Assembly: GCF_000150275.1 (NCBI RefSeq)
Contig: NW_002060945.1
Span: 6,873,607-6,937,606 of the forward strand
DNA from: Trichoplax adhaerens
Lineage: Eukaryota; Animalia; Placozoa
Direction of reading: 5' to 3'
Length of the DNA: 64,000 bases
A program made the translations under genes and the position numbers. The notes under the pieces are model-generated. The model ran no database searches. It had not been told where the DNA came from and saw only the letters and a program-made list of their open reading frames with translations. Of this stretch, positions 12,061-26,200 are shown in pieces; within the stretch, counting starts at the first letter, position 1, and each line of letters begins with the position of its first letter.

Positions 12061-12515
12061 ATGGACTATCTCAAAATGATACTGTCGTACTCGCCTAAGC
12101 GATGGCGGATTTCGAGCTTCTGCAGACATGCCAAATTGCCTATGCATCATTAATTCATTCATTAATTAATGCACACTGGCAAGGACTTGATACATGGAGT
12201 AGTTAATAGCCTAGTGCTTGCTAGTTTTTCATACAGAACTAACTCTAAGCCCGATTCTACCTGCACGAACGGCAGGCCTAAATTCATAATGGACTATCTC
12301 AAAATGATACTGTCGTACTCGCCTAAGCGATGGCAGATATCGAGCTTCTGCAGACATGCCAAATTGCTAATGCATCATTAATTCATTCATTAATTAATGC
12401 ACACTGGCAAGGACTTGATACATTGAGTAGTCAATAGCCTAGTGCTTGCTAGTTTTTCATACAGAACTAACTCTAAGCCCGATTCTACCTGCACGAACAG
12501 CAGGCCTAAATTCAT
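12061..12515. repeat. Near-perfect 228-bp tandem duplication between XXYLT1 and C15orf40
   Basis: atggactatctcaaaatgatactgtcg... starts at 12061 and 12289; only a handful of substitutions. Confidence 0.95.
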
Positions 12516-12876
12516 TCTGGACGTCGTTTGCAGAGGTTTGGACTGCATCAGATCAATTTTATTTTGAGCAGTTTGTACTTAAGACAGTTATCATCTCTTA
12601 GACCTAGCAATTGATGTCAAGGTAGAGAATGCATAGTAATGCATAGGTATCGAATAATATCACAAATCCCAGTAAAGGCATCAGACGACAACAGATTATA
12701 TTAGATAATTTACAAATTACAAGTAGAGTGAATCACCAATCAATATATTCCACTTTCGACGCTGCTGTCAAGCGACTGTCCATGATTTTTTATCTTTATG
12801 CAACAATCTGTCTTATGGCATGAAATCTGTTAGCATTATCTTGGCTTCTCGAATCCATTACACGACGAATATCGCT

Positions 12877-14791
12877 ATGGCCGGCAGAAAAAGTAAGAAA
12901 ACCTTAAACAGAACCAGCCAAGACGAAAAACCTCCATCGTCGCTTTGCGATAATCAACGAGCAGTGAGTAGAACAATTATCATAATTTCGTATATGATCA
13001 TCGGTAAATGCCTACCGCAAACAATAACTTGAGCCAATCGACAAGTCCTGTTGTAAACGTCATGATTTATACAGTAATTATTCTCTCATCTCATGAGATA
13101 TTTCACTCAATCTCACACACTATCCGCTAGGATAATGCCGTCTTTAGGTCAAAGATTGGCGATGTTTTGATTACGATTAAGGCCAAACCGGGCTCAAAGG
13201 AAAACGCTGTTACAGGTACAGTAGGAGTGATTATAGTGGATAGGTTCTACAGTATTATAACCCCTTGTGGTATATTTCATAAGGCATTAAATCTCGGTAA
13301 AAATGATAGCTTATACCCTCTCATCATGATCATTTTTATCTTGGAAACCATAATGAAACCCAACTAGATCATGTCGTAGGTTAGATTATAAGATTGTACT
13401 CGTGAGTACATTGTCATTAGAGAGATTGAGGTAAATCAGTCCTTGGTAAAAGAACTGAATTGATGCAGTAAAGTCAAGATTAATAAGTAGTTAAAGTCTT
13501 GTCATATCATTTCGGAGACATTTTGCGTATTACAGAATCAGAAGCACATACTGATAGTCTATGCATGTTTATTTTGTTGATTGAACTAGAGATGCAATCC
13601 TACGTAAGTTCGTGAGAATACTAATCGAAAATGTTGTAAAATGGTTTACATTAACCACTGATTTTACTTACTTTTACTTTTGAATCAAGCACTGATATTA
13701 GCTAATGGAAAATGTGGCGGAATAATTTATACATACGTGTTACGTGGATATAACTACACATAGGCATGCTAACACTAAACACGGTAGACTGTTCTACTAG
13801 TAAGCATAGACCAGTATGATCGGTTTTCTGATATGATCAACATCAAAGACATGTAAAATACGAAAATGTTGCATCATAAATCTACTTTGTGTGCAGTTCA
13901 TAGCATAGTAAATACGTATAAAGCACTAACGAGGATATAACAAGAATTATAAGTAATAATGATAACCCTGATACGTGTTGCGAATTATACAAGTATTTTA
14001 CCACTAATACTCGAGGATTACTAATATTGTTTATTGAATAAACCCTTATCGTTTGCCGAAGTGATTTAGACTCTGTTAAATTCATGCTGTAGCATGTAGC
14101 TAATACAAAATAAATGCAATACGTATATCTTTGTTTGCAGATATTAGCTCCGATGGAATTGGGATCCAAATTGCAGCTCCAGCCAGAGAAGGAGAGGCAA
14201 ATAGCGAATTGATCAAGTTTCTATCATCAGTATGCAATACAAAATTTTCAGTTATTTCATGATATATCAACAATCCAGTTATACTACTTTGATTTGAATT
14301 ATAGTAGTAATTACTATACTGTATATGCACCCCATTCTCTGAAATAGAATCGTCCATCTCATGCAGTATACTGTGACTTTTTAAAATATTATTGTCTATA
14401 TCGACATTGGATGGTATTAGCGCGTATATTTACCAAAACTTGATGTTATAATACATTATTGATTCCATTACTTGCAATTTCCATATATTATCTTTAACAT
14501 CGCTGAACTTTAATTTTTATTTTTAGATCTTAAAAGTCAAGAAAAGCTCAATCTTGTTAGATAAAGTGAGTGAAATATCTTAATGCATATGCCGCTTCAT
14601 GATTAATGAGTATTCGTAAACTAATAGCCAATTAGTCTTCTATTGGGTTATTATATTAGGATACTTAAATGCGAAATTTACTTTAATGCTAGGGCTCGAA
14701 GTCACGCCATAAAACTATCTGTGTCAACAAAAATGCAGACTTGACAGAAAAGCAAGTGCTAGAATTACTTCAAGAAACATTATCACAATAG
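12877..14791 (+). CDS. C15orf40: UPF0235/DUF167 (YggU-like) protein, C15orf40 homolog, 5 exons
   Basis: Exons 12877-12963, 13131-13215, 14141-14229, 14527-14565, 14693-14791 join in frame: MAGRKSKK...[67 protein letters not shown]...*. KPG, AP.REGEAN.EL and G.KSR.K are DUF167 hallmarks. Confidence 0.9.
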
Positions 14792-14856
14792 ATTTTGGCT
14801 CATAATTTAATCAATCGTTACCACAATATCAATATGGATAAAATAAAACTTTATAG

Positions 14857-15080
14857 AGCTGGGAATAAGATCAACACTGCACTAACTATTCAGACAGTTG
14901 GTAGATAATAACAATCAGCAGGAACGCCATTCGGTTAAAGTCCTAAGAAAATTGCTCATAATTATCCTTAGCTGGGAATAAAATCAACACTGCACTAACT
15001 ATTCAGACACTTGACAGATAATAACAAGCAGCAAGAACACTATTAGGCTAAAACGCTGAGAAAATTGCTCATAATTATCC
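14857..15080. repeat. ~113-bp tandem duplication downstream of the C15orf40 stop
   Basis: agctgggaataa.atcaacactgcactaactattcagaca...gaaaattgctcataattatcc occurs twice. Confidence 0.9.
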
Positions 15081-17039
15081 AGTTTAATTAATGATAATCC
15101 CCCAAAATATTCTACCCTTCTGTTTAGCCTTTAAGAATGGAACCTTGTCAGTAATCAAATCGCCGATACACGCCATAAAGGTGGTACGATCTATGGTAAT
15201 TAGATCAGAAATCTTTCTCTACTATACTTGATATTTTGCTTTTAAATTTTTGTAAAATAAATTATATGTTGTCTATTTTAAGCTGTAATAGTATGTAAGT
15301 TATCACCACTTCCGAAATTGCAACTAAAGAAGAGACTAATTTTTGTATGTAGCCTGTGCACCATATAAAAAATTTTTTTTAATTATTTTTATGAATGGCA
15401 ATATGATATTAAATTTATGTGTATATTAACTTAATCCAGAATATTGGATAAGGCTACCAAAATTGGGAAGTATATTAATTAATATTAGAGCCATGATTAT
15501 ACTTATACTATATTTATATTGTAATAAGCTAATCTGCTAACTACTATGTGTCTATACTATACATCTCTTCCATCGCATAAATTTCAGACTGTACATTAAT
15601 TGAACCGAACACATTCGACCTGACCATCAGCATCGGGAATGACGTCAATATTATGACTACGACTATAAGATTATGCTCTATTTTGATTATATATCACATA
15701 TCCCATATATCAATGCTAATAGGTTCATCTGGATGCAGCGATTCTGCCTTTTATCGTATCAATTTTATGTATTAGCTTACTCCAAGAGATTCAGTATGGC
15801 TATCAGAATCATGAACGATGGTCAAATTAAATTATCCATTTTTTAAAGTTAAATTATCAATTTGTTGTGACATTACGACCAGTACTAATAACTTAGTAAT
15901 AAGAATTGATATTGATACCAAATCAAATCCATCTTCCGGAACTACCACAACTACTTTGCTAGGTATGATTATAGGCGTATGCTGTGTCCGTTGACCAGCC
16001 GATAGTCCTTCATCAATGGTGACTGAATATTCGCTTACTTAGTTATTAGAAAGTGATGAAGACACCAGTAACAATATGAGTCATCGCTTAAAATAAAAAT
16101 ATAAACAATGTACGTATGCCTATCATTAAATGCAGCTTATGCTCGGATCCTGTCGACGATTCGTCCATAGAATAGCGTAAACAGTAGCTAGCTAATCCTA
16201 TAAATTAAGCCAGTATCAATCCAGCAACCCCTTAATAGGATAAATTAGCTTGAATCCTATCCAATACTGCAACATAAACGCCTATGAAGAGTAAACCAAT
16301 TTGAACACCGTCTGCTCGTGTTTATTTAGTCTTAGTGACCCATTACAAGGTACAATTTAGCCGGTACTTTTCTCAATGTCTATCGGAAGTATCGACATTG
16401 AGAGCTACTATGAGTGACAGAGTAGAGTAACGCATAAAACAGACCTAATATCGCGATCGAATGGCTGCGATATCATGGAGAATAAGCAAAATATTGAAAA
16501 AGAAGCAACCTGCAAGCCGCCATGGCCGTTATCGTTTGAATCGTTGCCACATCGTCATGTAGCTTATATATAGCGTTGTAGGAGGGTTTTGCGTAGCTCG
16601 CCTACCGACAGACTGCCGTTTACGCACGCTCAATGGTGAGCATCGTGTTGCGCTTTTAGCTATAGTATTTGAGTAGAACTACGCAAGAGGGAGTACTGTT
16701 GTCATACAAAAGTCTCTTGCTATCATTTATGCGATTTCGTGGCTGAGTGGTTACCACCATACAAGCCACTCTGAACCCACCGATTTGACAGCAATACACC
16801 CGATAGTGCTCTACGTTCTCATACAGTATAGAGCAAAATCGATCAACTCTGCTACCCCACCCACCCCTTGGCCAAAGCTCTTAAAGCGATCCAGCGCCGC
16901 CGCGCTGGCTCATAGCGTTGCAAGAGTGTGGGCAAGAAAGCTGCTAGGTAATTCCTCTTCTCTTCTTCACTATTTCTATCTCTAAGGTAGGCTGATCAAT
17001 TCATGTCTATTAGCTAAGAAATGCAATTCTACAGGTACT

Positions 17040-17460
17040 GTAAGGATGATATTTTCTCATGCAATAGTACTGTCATTGCGAGCAGGATATTTTCCGTTGA
17101 TAACGGTTGTCAATGTTACGGTATTCGTCCGTTAAGAAATGATGGACGTAGTCGTATACAATTGCGCTTGAACTTTTTCTTTTGCTACGATCGATGATGG
17201 AGTTTATGGAATAAATTAGATAGCTAGGCAGTTAAGAAAGAGTCATTACTTTAAGATATATTAGCACTCCATGCTATCTGTACTTGTATAGCAGGATGAT
17301 ATTTTCCATACATATCTTGAGTCATGTTATAATATCGGTCCGATCATAGGATACGACATGGGGTCGAACTTGGCTTTTTTTTGCTTTTTGTCCATCATGG
17401 AGTTTGTAGAGAAAAAATGAATGAGTCAGGCATTCAGGAAAGAGCGATGACTTTAAAAAG
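17040..17460. repeat. Degenerate ~250-bp duplication upstream of the CLC-B start (probable 5'UTR intron)
   Basis: aggatgatatttt, gaactt..tttgct..atggagttt and ggca.t..agaaagag..at.acttt blocks occur twice in the same order. Confidence 0.6.
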
Positions 17461-18150
17461 AGAACATACGTAGATATGCATTCGTATTACATGCTTATAC
17501 AACTAGAAATAATTGTCATACCTACTGTGAAACAGCTACTTCTGACCTCGGAAAGACACCTATGCAAGTTGGCTAGAATATCCATGTTACTTGTATTCAA
17601 TGAGGAAGCGACTGTGCAGTAGAACGTAACTGTTCAATGGATCATGGCAACAAAACAACAAGATCATCAACTCCCTCAAAATAAACTCAATACATTCAAT
17701 GTGCATGGGATCTGTAGATGATACATCACCGCTTTAAAATTGAAATAGATGATTTCTATCCTATTTACTATAAACACACGATGATTGAATTGCATGAGCT
17801 GATCTACTACGAGACGAGTGTTGTTGTGCTCAGGATTTCCGATCAAACACCCCAATAAATTGATTACTGTTACTACTCATCGACAAACTTGCTCATGGAT
17901 TAATGTCTCTTTCTCTGACTTAATGGACTACTTCCTAGTTTGGTAGATCGATAAAATTTCCTATCGTATCGTTTTAACCATGTTCCACCTAATGAATGAT
18001 TCGACCATTTATAATAATAATAATTATATACTCGTATTAAGGGAAAACTTTGTAATCCTTTCATTTCTTATTCCACAGGAAATTATTACTCTACGGCAGA
18101 CCAAAACTTGTACATCAAAGGAGAGTATTGTCTGATACTACCATCAAACG

Positions 18151-21100
18151 ATGGCTCATCGAAACAGTGATAATCCAAATGTCCAAATCCGAAATCGATC
18201 AGAAAGTACATCGCATCTTGCTGATCAAGGTACTGGATTTTTCCAGTGGGGCCGCGATCTAGGTGGTACCGATTCTAATCATAAATTTACCGAACATGAA
18301 AAAGACTTGCTTGCTCAATACCAAAGCGCCGATTACTTACCGCCATATAGCTGTGCTTATAAGGTTTGTCACTTTACAATGGATGTAAAGTAAGATCAAC
18401 AAAGTAATCGATCTAATCTCCTCATCATATTAGTGATCAATCTACTTGAAGCAAATATCCAAACTACTTCTTCATGTACATGATTGTCACAAAGTAACAT
18501 TAGCCCGTTGTGTGAAACTTGACAATTACAAGTGTTAGATCTGTTGTTTTTCTAAAATAGCTATTGGTATGATGAACGATACTGCTATAGTCCACAGTCT
18601 CATTCATTATCATTTGAAACGTAGTACTGAAATCGTAGTCATCAAAATGGCAATATCGCTCACTTTCCCTACTCTGTTGCTTCGTCGAGTGACCACAAAC
18701 TAGGGCTAGCACATCGCGAGGTGGACTAGCACAAAATTAGTTAGGATTTATCAAGCGATAGCTTTCTACACTTTCTAGTCAATGTGGTATCATCAACCTT
18801 TTAATAAAAGTTTATAATTTCCATGAGACGATTAAAGCTTTATTGAAAACACAGTGCCCTATCCAGATTTTAAACTAATTTCTTCTTTTACCATTACTAT
18901 AAAGTTATAGTGACTGATGAATTATTACTATTCCATGAAAGTTTTAAATTGTTAATTGTGCGATAATTTCCCTATGCTAATATTGTAACCAAAATACACC
19001 ATTGAAGCTTTGAAGAATTTTCCCATCTTGGAAATCAATTATCTTTAGCTAATTAATTAGCGGCACATTATATTAATAACGGTCTCAAATATTGCTAATC
19101 AAAACAATACGTCTGATGTATTATACATTTAATTCAGTTATCATCCGTATTCATTCTGATTTAGTGGACTGTAATAAATAATGAATGAATATTTGAGTAT
19201 TGAAATCAATTGCTTAACAAGGTTGTCTGGTACTGAATTTTTATTTTCAAACTTAATAATTCCTTATGGGTTTCTCACCAACAAGTAACTATAAATTTTC
19301 GTTATGAAAGGCAATCCATACTACACGTACAACCATACAGCGTGCTACTGTAGAGGAGTAGACATTGCGTTAAGCTACTGCCTAAGAAAGTTTTATAATA
19401 AATACCTTAGGCGAAACTGTCAACATAAAGTTAGCATTGGTAATAAAATTAAATTTGTTGGCTAGCTTCATTAAAAATATTAGTTGATTGCCTATTGACT
19501 CAAAAGATATGTCATTTGGTACGTACAGTATAAGCAATTGCTAGCGAACTGTGTGCTATTAAATATAATAAAATAATTAGCAGTCCATGCTCTGTGGCAC
19601 TAATTAAACAGCATAAATGCCTATACATCTGCTAATCTGACTATTGCAATTACTCCGTTTTATGTGTGCAATCAAATCCAGCTAATCTAGCGTAATCAAA
19701 ATATGAATAAATAGATAAATGGGTGTGTTTATTGATCAACGTGAGACATTTTACCATATGGTGCTGTGACATATATATTTATATTAAGATGTAAGCGTAT
19801 CCATTCAGTAAATAAGATGACCGTTTGAACCCAAAATTGATAACAAGCCCTTGATGCTGCAAAAGTCAATCATTTTCCGATGCATTAAAGCAATTTAATT
19901 ATTAAATCATAAATAGCTATCTAAATTTTTAAATTTTACCACACAATTAGAATTATCTAATTTTATTACTGCATATAGGAATGGCTACGTCAACAACCTG
20001 CAAGATTAGATTGGGATAAATGGCTAATGATGGGTATTATTGGTTTTGTTGTTGGTATTACAGGATTTCTAATGCATCAAACTATTGGAGTTATTGCAGA
20101 GTATGTATATTACTTATTTATTGACAGATACCTTTACCTCCTTCGGCAATAAACGATGGTAGCGTACCTTTTGTTATACCAGCAATTTACCGTAATATGG
20201 AAGAGTGTAATTGTAACGGAAATAAACCAGTTCAGTCAGCAGATATTTAGTATTTATTTAGAATGATATACGTATAAGTCATCAAAATTGTACTACTTTC
20301 CTATTGATCCAGGAGAGAAATGAATTCAACTGTCGCCATTTTTCATACTTCATATCCAATATTACTTGTGTACAGTTAATCAAAGATGTTCTTTCTTTTA
20401 TCATATAGCTTGAAATGGGATCGCGCTTATGAGTACGTCAAGGTAAGCTATGACTCCTATCCTTACCTAATTTGAAGTATTAAAATATAATAATCTTGCA
20501 ATTTTTACTGTTGCTGGTTCTGATTGTACCTATACGCATACCCTTTTATAGGAAAGAAATTTTGGAATGGCATGGGTCTGGCTTGCGTTGATTGGTATTG
20601 GATTCGCTATTATTTCCTCTTTATTGGTTGTTGTAAGTATCTAATAACTACAGTACTGTATCAATAGAAATACTGGTATACGCGTGTATCAAATTGCACA
20701 AATTCAGTCAATCAACTTGTTGCACCATTCAATTTCTACTGTTATTAAATAGCTAACAAAGTCTGTTGATACAATTTACAGCTATTTCACTTACCAGCTG
20801 GTGGATCAGGCATGCCCGAATTAATTGGGTTCTTAAATGGTACTCTTATTAGAAACGTCTTTGGCATAAAGACTGCAGTCATCAAGTTTCTATCTTGTGT
20901 ATGTGCGGTTGGATCTGGTCTACCGGTTGGACCTGAAGGACCTATGATTCATTTAGGGTACTGAAGAGCTAATATCAATCGAGATTTGCTAAACTTAACT
21001 CACTGAGCGTATCCAATATAATAAATTTAATATTTTAATATAGGGCACTTATTGGAGGAGGCTTAAGCCAAGCCAAATCTTCAATCCTTAATTGTATTCT

Positions 21101-24100
21101 ACCTATATTTGGAAGATTTCGTAATCCAGAAGATGAGTACGTCATCTATAGTTTTCTACAACTGTATTTGATAGTTTATTAATTGCGTCACAATATCAAT
21201 ATAATAATAGATCATCTGTATTCAATATTCAAAACTGACACAATTTATAGGCGTAATTTCATTAGTGCCGGAGCAGGAGCTGGAGTATCTGCAGCGTTTG
21301 GGGCTCCTGTTGGTGGATTACTATTCACTATGGAAGAAGTATCGTCTTTTTGGAGCTTAAAGCATGGCTGGATGACATTTTTCTGCTGCATGACATCGAC
21401 ATTTACAACAGTAAATAATTATTCCTTCAAATCAGTAAACCAATCGACTAAAATTGTATCCCAATGTTCTTATTTTAAAATTTAATCAATTACTACTCAG
21501 GATCTATTCAACTCAGCTTTTCAAGGTTTTCGATATACAGGCGATTTTGGTGCCTTTAAATCGAGAAAATACATCTTATTCGAAGTATTTATTCGCAATT
21601 ACTATCAGTTGTATTGTAATTCTATTTGAGACGATTGTTTTAACATTTATAATTACTTATGAAACAGGTTAAAAAAGAAATTTCCTTAAACATCTTGGCT
21701 TTCATACCATCCTTAATTATTGGAATGATTGGAGGCCTATTAGGTGCACTCTTTACCTTTCTAAATTTAAAGGTAATTACATCACATTTAACGTAACAAC
21801 TACAATATATCAATTTTTATTAGAATTTAGAATTTAAGTATTAACACCGTCAATTTTATTATCAAGATCGCTCGATCTCGCCGTCGCTTAGTTGGACGCT
21901 TTAAATCGACGTGGGTAAAAAACTTGATTCGAGTTTCCGAAGTTACATTAATCATGGTAAGTGTTATAATCTAAGTATGAAGTACAATGCCCTACACGGT
22001 ACGCATTATAATCTAAAATCTACCATTATCTTGGTTGTCTAGACCCTTACTGCAACCATGTCCATTCTGTTACCCGGTGGCTTTGGTTGTACTCCATATC
22101 AATGTCAGAATGTTAACACTACTGCTAATGTCTACCAGGGACCACTATGCAGACGTGGAGACCAGTATAAAATTCATACCGAAAACGAAGTCGTTGGTTA
22201 TACCTGTCCTGTTGGTATAACGAAGAACGTAAGCTCTCAAGTATATTTTACCAATCAAACCTATAATCAAGGTAAGTTGGATGTGTTAAGCCAAGTCTAC
22301 CTGCATCCTACTACATCAGGACTTTTATTTTTTCATTAGTGGCCTCACTAGTATCAGTACAAGGAGAAGAGGCTATTCATCGTCTATTTTCCCGACAAAC
22401 TTATCTACAATTTGATATTGGGTATTTATACCACCGATTTTATTAATACACTTCATTTGCAGCTGTGATTTCATATCATCTAACTATTCTTTTCATCTGA
22501 CTAACGTTTTCAGCCCATTAGCAACAGTGTTAGTGCTGTATTTCACCTTAGCCTGCTGGACTGCCGGTAGCGCAGTGTCAAGTGGTCTTGTAGTGCCTAT
22601 GCTGTAAGGAGCTAACTCGTACATTACTTATTTTACAGAAGTATTGACTCTAAATACCGTAAAGGATATAAGTAAAATTATGAGTAACCCTTTAATCAAT
22701 TGGCACTAAATTTTCTGATTAAACTTTTAATAATAATTCTTTTACTATTTCTATCACTATCAGACCGTAACTATATTGATATCAAATAAATGTGTAATTA
22801 TACATACTATAATAATAATTTTACGGATATAAATTACCTGCTTACAGACTTGTTGGAGCGTTATACGGTCGCCTTATTGGCAGATTATTGGTAGTTATGT
22901 TCGGTGTTCATCAAACAGGCAAGATTTTGAAATACTATCCATAAACTACGACGCAGGTAATAAACAATTTATCTGAAAACTAGTTCTTCATTCTGCAGGC
23001 TACTGGGCGTGGATGGATCCCGGTGCGTTCGCGTTAGTCGGCGCTGCGTCGTTCTTTGGAGGTGTATCGAGATTAACGATGGCTTTAGCTGTAATCATGG
23101 TACAAAATTTTTCCATTCTATAATATACCTTGAATTAAAAATTATCAATTTATCCTACGCATTGACTGCGAAGGAGACTAATGTAGCCCTTATAATGCTA
23201 CTTTGCTCTTAATGCTTTAGATGGAAATTACCAACGATATTCAATTTCTATTGTTGGTCATGGTAGCAATATTAAGTGCAAAAGTATTGGGTGATTATAT
23301 CACTCATCCGCTGTATCACGCTCTTCTTGAAATGAAATGTATTCCGTTTTTAGACAACGAATTATCCTTACACGATGAACACCATAACATGTTCGAATGA
23401 ATTACGTTTGATGACGCATTTAGGATGATAATGCAATAAGTGCATCATTAATATTGGTCTATTTTTAAATATAATATTTAGACTAAACCTAGAATTTTAT
23501 ACTGCTGGCGATGTTATGACCAAAAAGCCTAAGGTACGTCTCCTAGATTAATTAGGAGTGCCGTAAATATTAATATACTGCATATATAGTTCTTACTATT
23601 TTCCGATAAATGGTACAAACTTACATCCTCATTGGCTACGATTAATAATAATACAGTGTGTATATGAGCGCGAATCCGTAGCAAAACTGGCAAGATTGCT
23701 CCAAGAAACTAAGCATGGCGGTTTTCCTGTCATTAGGAAAGACGCCGTTAGTGGCCGAGATGTATTTGTTGGAATGATGTCGAGGTAAATCAGGAGAATT
23801 CATTTTCTAGTCTTTTCTATTTTCTAATTAGAATTGTAATTTCACGATAGCATGTTGATAATCTGTTTACAGAGATGAGTTAGAGGTATTGTTGGCGGTT
23901 GGAGATTCCGTGTTTGAAGATCAATTTGGAAATAATGCTCACGAGATTGGCATTCTGCGTTATAATATGGTATTAATTATATTATCGATATATAATAAAA
24001 TACTATAGCACCTCATCGAAACGTTGAAGTTAACATTCCATTCGGTATATATATATCTAGATGCATGAAGCGATTCTGCCAGTGAATTTTAATGAAACCC

Positions 24101-24799
24101 TGGCGAAATATGCTTCAGATGAAGCTTACCAACAATCTTATCTTAATCTTGTAAATACCTTATGATTATACTACTTTTTAAAACATAAAAGTTTCTTTGA
24201 AATATCGGACCACATTTCCAAACTTTTTGTATTGTTTTGGAATTGATTAAATCGAAAGTCTATACTACAATGGTTATTGATTATGCGTTTCTATACTTAC
24301 ATACCTAGATTCCGTATATCAACCGATCTGTTACCAGTATTCAGATGTCATTCTCTCTACGTAGAACTTATATTCTCTTCCGCACGATGGGAATGAGGTA
24401 ACGTATTCTTAAGTAGTATAGATAGCATAATTTCGGATTGATTGTGACTCCGAATATACATATACTTGGTATACTCGTTTGTATGAAGAAAATAGCTATC
24501 GTATAACACTTTATTTTATTAATTTCTTAGGCATTTACCTATAGTCGATGAAGTTAACAGGTAAGCTAGCTAATTATCCAAATAGAATTTATGGCAGGAC
24601 CCAATATTGCCTGACGATCAATAATTACTGAAACGTTTGTATTTACAGAGTTGTCGGTATTTTAACCCGTAAGGATCTAATGGGATTTAGTATTGAAGAG
24701 CATATCCATGGCGATGACTATGGTCATGACCATATGCGTACCCCAACTGGTAAAAGAAGCGGAGATTTGGAACTGAATGAATTTCATCGTCGCGCTTAA
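18151..24799 (+). CDS. CLC family Cl-/H+ exchanger, paralog B, ~23 coding exons
   Basis: Approx. exons: 18151-18363, 19979-20100, 20409-20442, 20551-20634, 20781-20957, 21043-21135, 21251-21410, 21501-21584, 21669-21772, 21867-21956, 22042-22271, 22340-22421, 22514-22603, 22848-22918, 22999-23099, 23221-23390, 23482-23533, 23657-23784, 23872-23969, 24061-24150, 24309-24397, 24531-24560, 24649-24799. Motifs: [48 protein letters not shown]. Confidence 0.93.
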
Positions 24800-25904
24800 A
24801 TTTATATCATGTATCTATAAAAATCTATGCGAAAGGCTATCGTAAATTTGCTCGCTACGAAGTATTATCCCTTTCCAATTTTAAATTTTAAATCGGACTT
24901 TGAACACACAGTGCTTACAATTATTTGAAGAAATAAGCGATACAATTTTTAATAAGGATGTTAAAGTTACACAGCCCATGATCAAAAAATACGTCAAAAT
25001 CAGCTTTATATATATATATAACAATGCTACCAGTTTGACTTATCGTCCATGAATACATTGGGATTATCTATAAATTTTTTTTACTGTATGTTATCGTTGA
25101 CTATGTATTTCTATCCTGCAACAAATGTAATACAAATTGCAGAATATTTTGCAAGTGTTTAACAGAGAGCTTGAACAGTAATTTTGGGAAAAATTATTGT
25201 ATATCGCATTCTAGACAACATTTTTGAAGACCTGAACTAAATAATAGCATTTTTTATTTATTTATTTTATACTTGTAATGTACTAGCAGCATTTAAAATA
25301 AGTACGATACGGCTATAGTACTCTTTAATCCAACACAATTTCTTACTATTTGTATGCTATAAGGACCATGATTTGTTACCAATATTCTTTTAAATTCATC
25401 AACCTTACTAATGTATTTGCAAAGCTAGAATATGAGCGAATATTTTAATAGATACAATAAAATATGTTAGCGGTTATATTGAAACCTAAAAATTACAAGA
25501 TTAGCATTTTATAGCTTTAGTCTTTGTTAACCCATAATTTTGTGTATTCACGATACTATACCATGTTATCCCATATTTAATGAAATCAGAAATTTGTATT
25601 AACGTATAAAGATCTATTTCAACCCACAAGAGCATAATTCTATAAAAGTGCTTCAATACTCTCATAAAGAAATTGGATTAAATCTGCATGAAATTAGTCA
25701 AAGCGGTTTTCAGATTAAATGATACTCTTATTTAATTCCAATTTCTCGAAAGACCTGTCAACTTTAGTTTCGCTTAAGTTATTTAGATTTACGAAGTGAG
25801 ATCTGATTCTCTAGATGGTGATGCATGTCCTTGTATACAAATTGTCGCACTCAATATTAATATGAGGGTGTCAAAACCTTGTATATTCGCTAAAGTAGTA
25901 ATAC

Positions 25905-26200
25905 ACCCTTACAGTTATCAATCAAGCCACTCTCTAAATCCAGATTTACATTTATAAATCAAGCTAATCCCTAAATTTTGAATCTATTTATCTTTACTGA
26001 TCCTTATTATTAACGGTAGACAGTAAATAATCTTCAAACACCTGATATAAGTACCACAACGTCATTCTATTTCTATATATCAAGCACAAATAGCAATTTA
26101 TCCTTACATTTACCAGTCAAACCACTCTCTAAATTAAAACTTTGACTAATGAAATACGTTAATTAACCCTTATTATTAACTGTATGCACTCAATTATTTT
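25905..26200. repeat. Degenerate ~195-bp-period duplication
   Basis: ccttaca.tta..a.tcaa.ccactctctaaat and cc.tattattaac.gta occur twice. Confidence 0.6.

Noticed and set aside
13882-14357. Two minus-strand ORFs (95 and 85 aa)
   Set aside because: Antisense to C15orf40 exon 3 and its introns; no recognisable domain.
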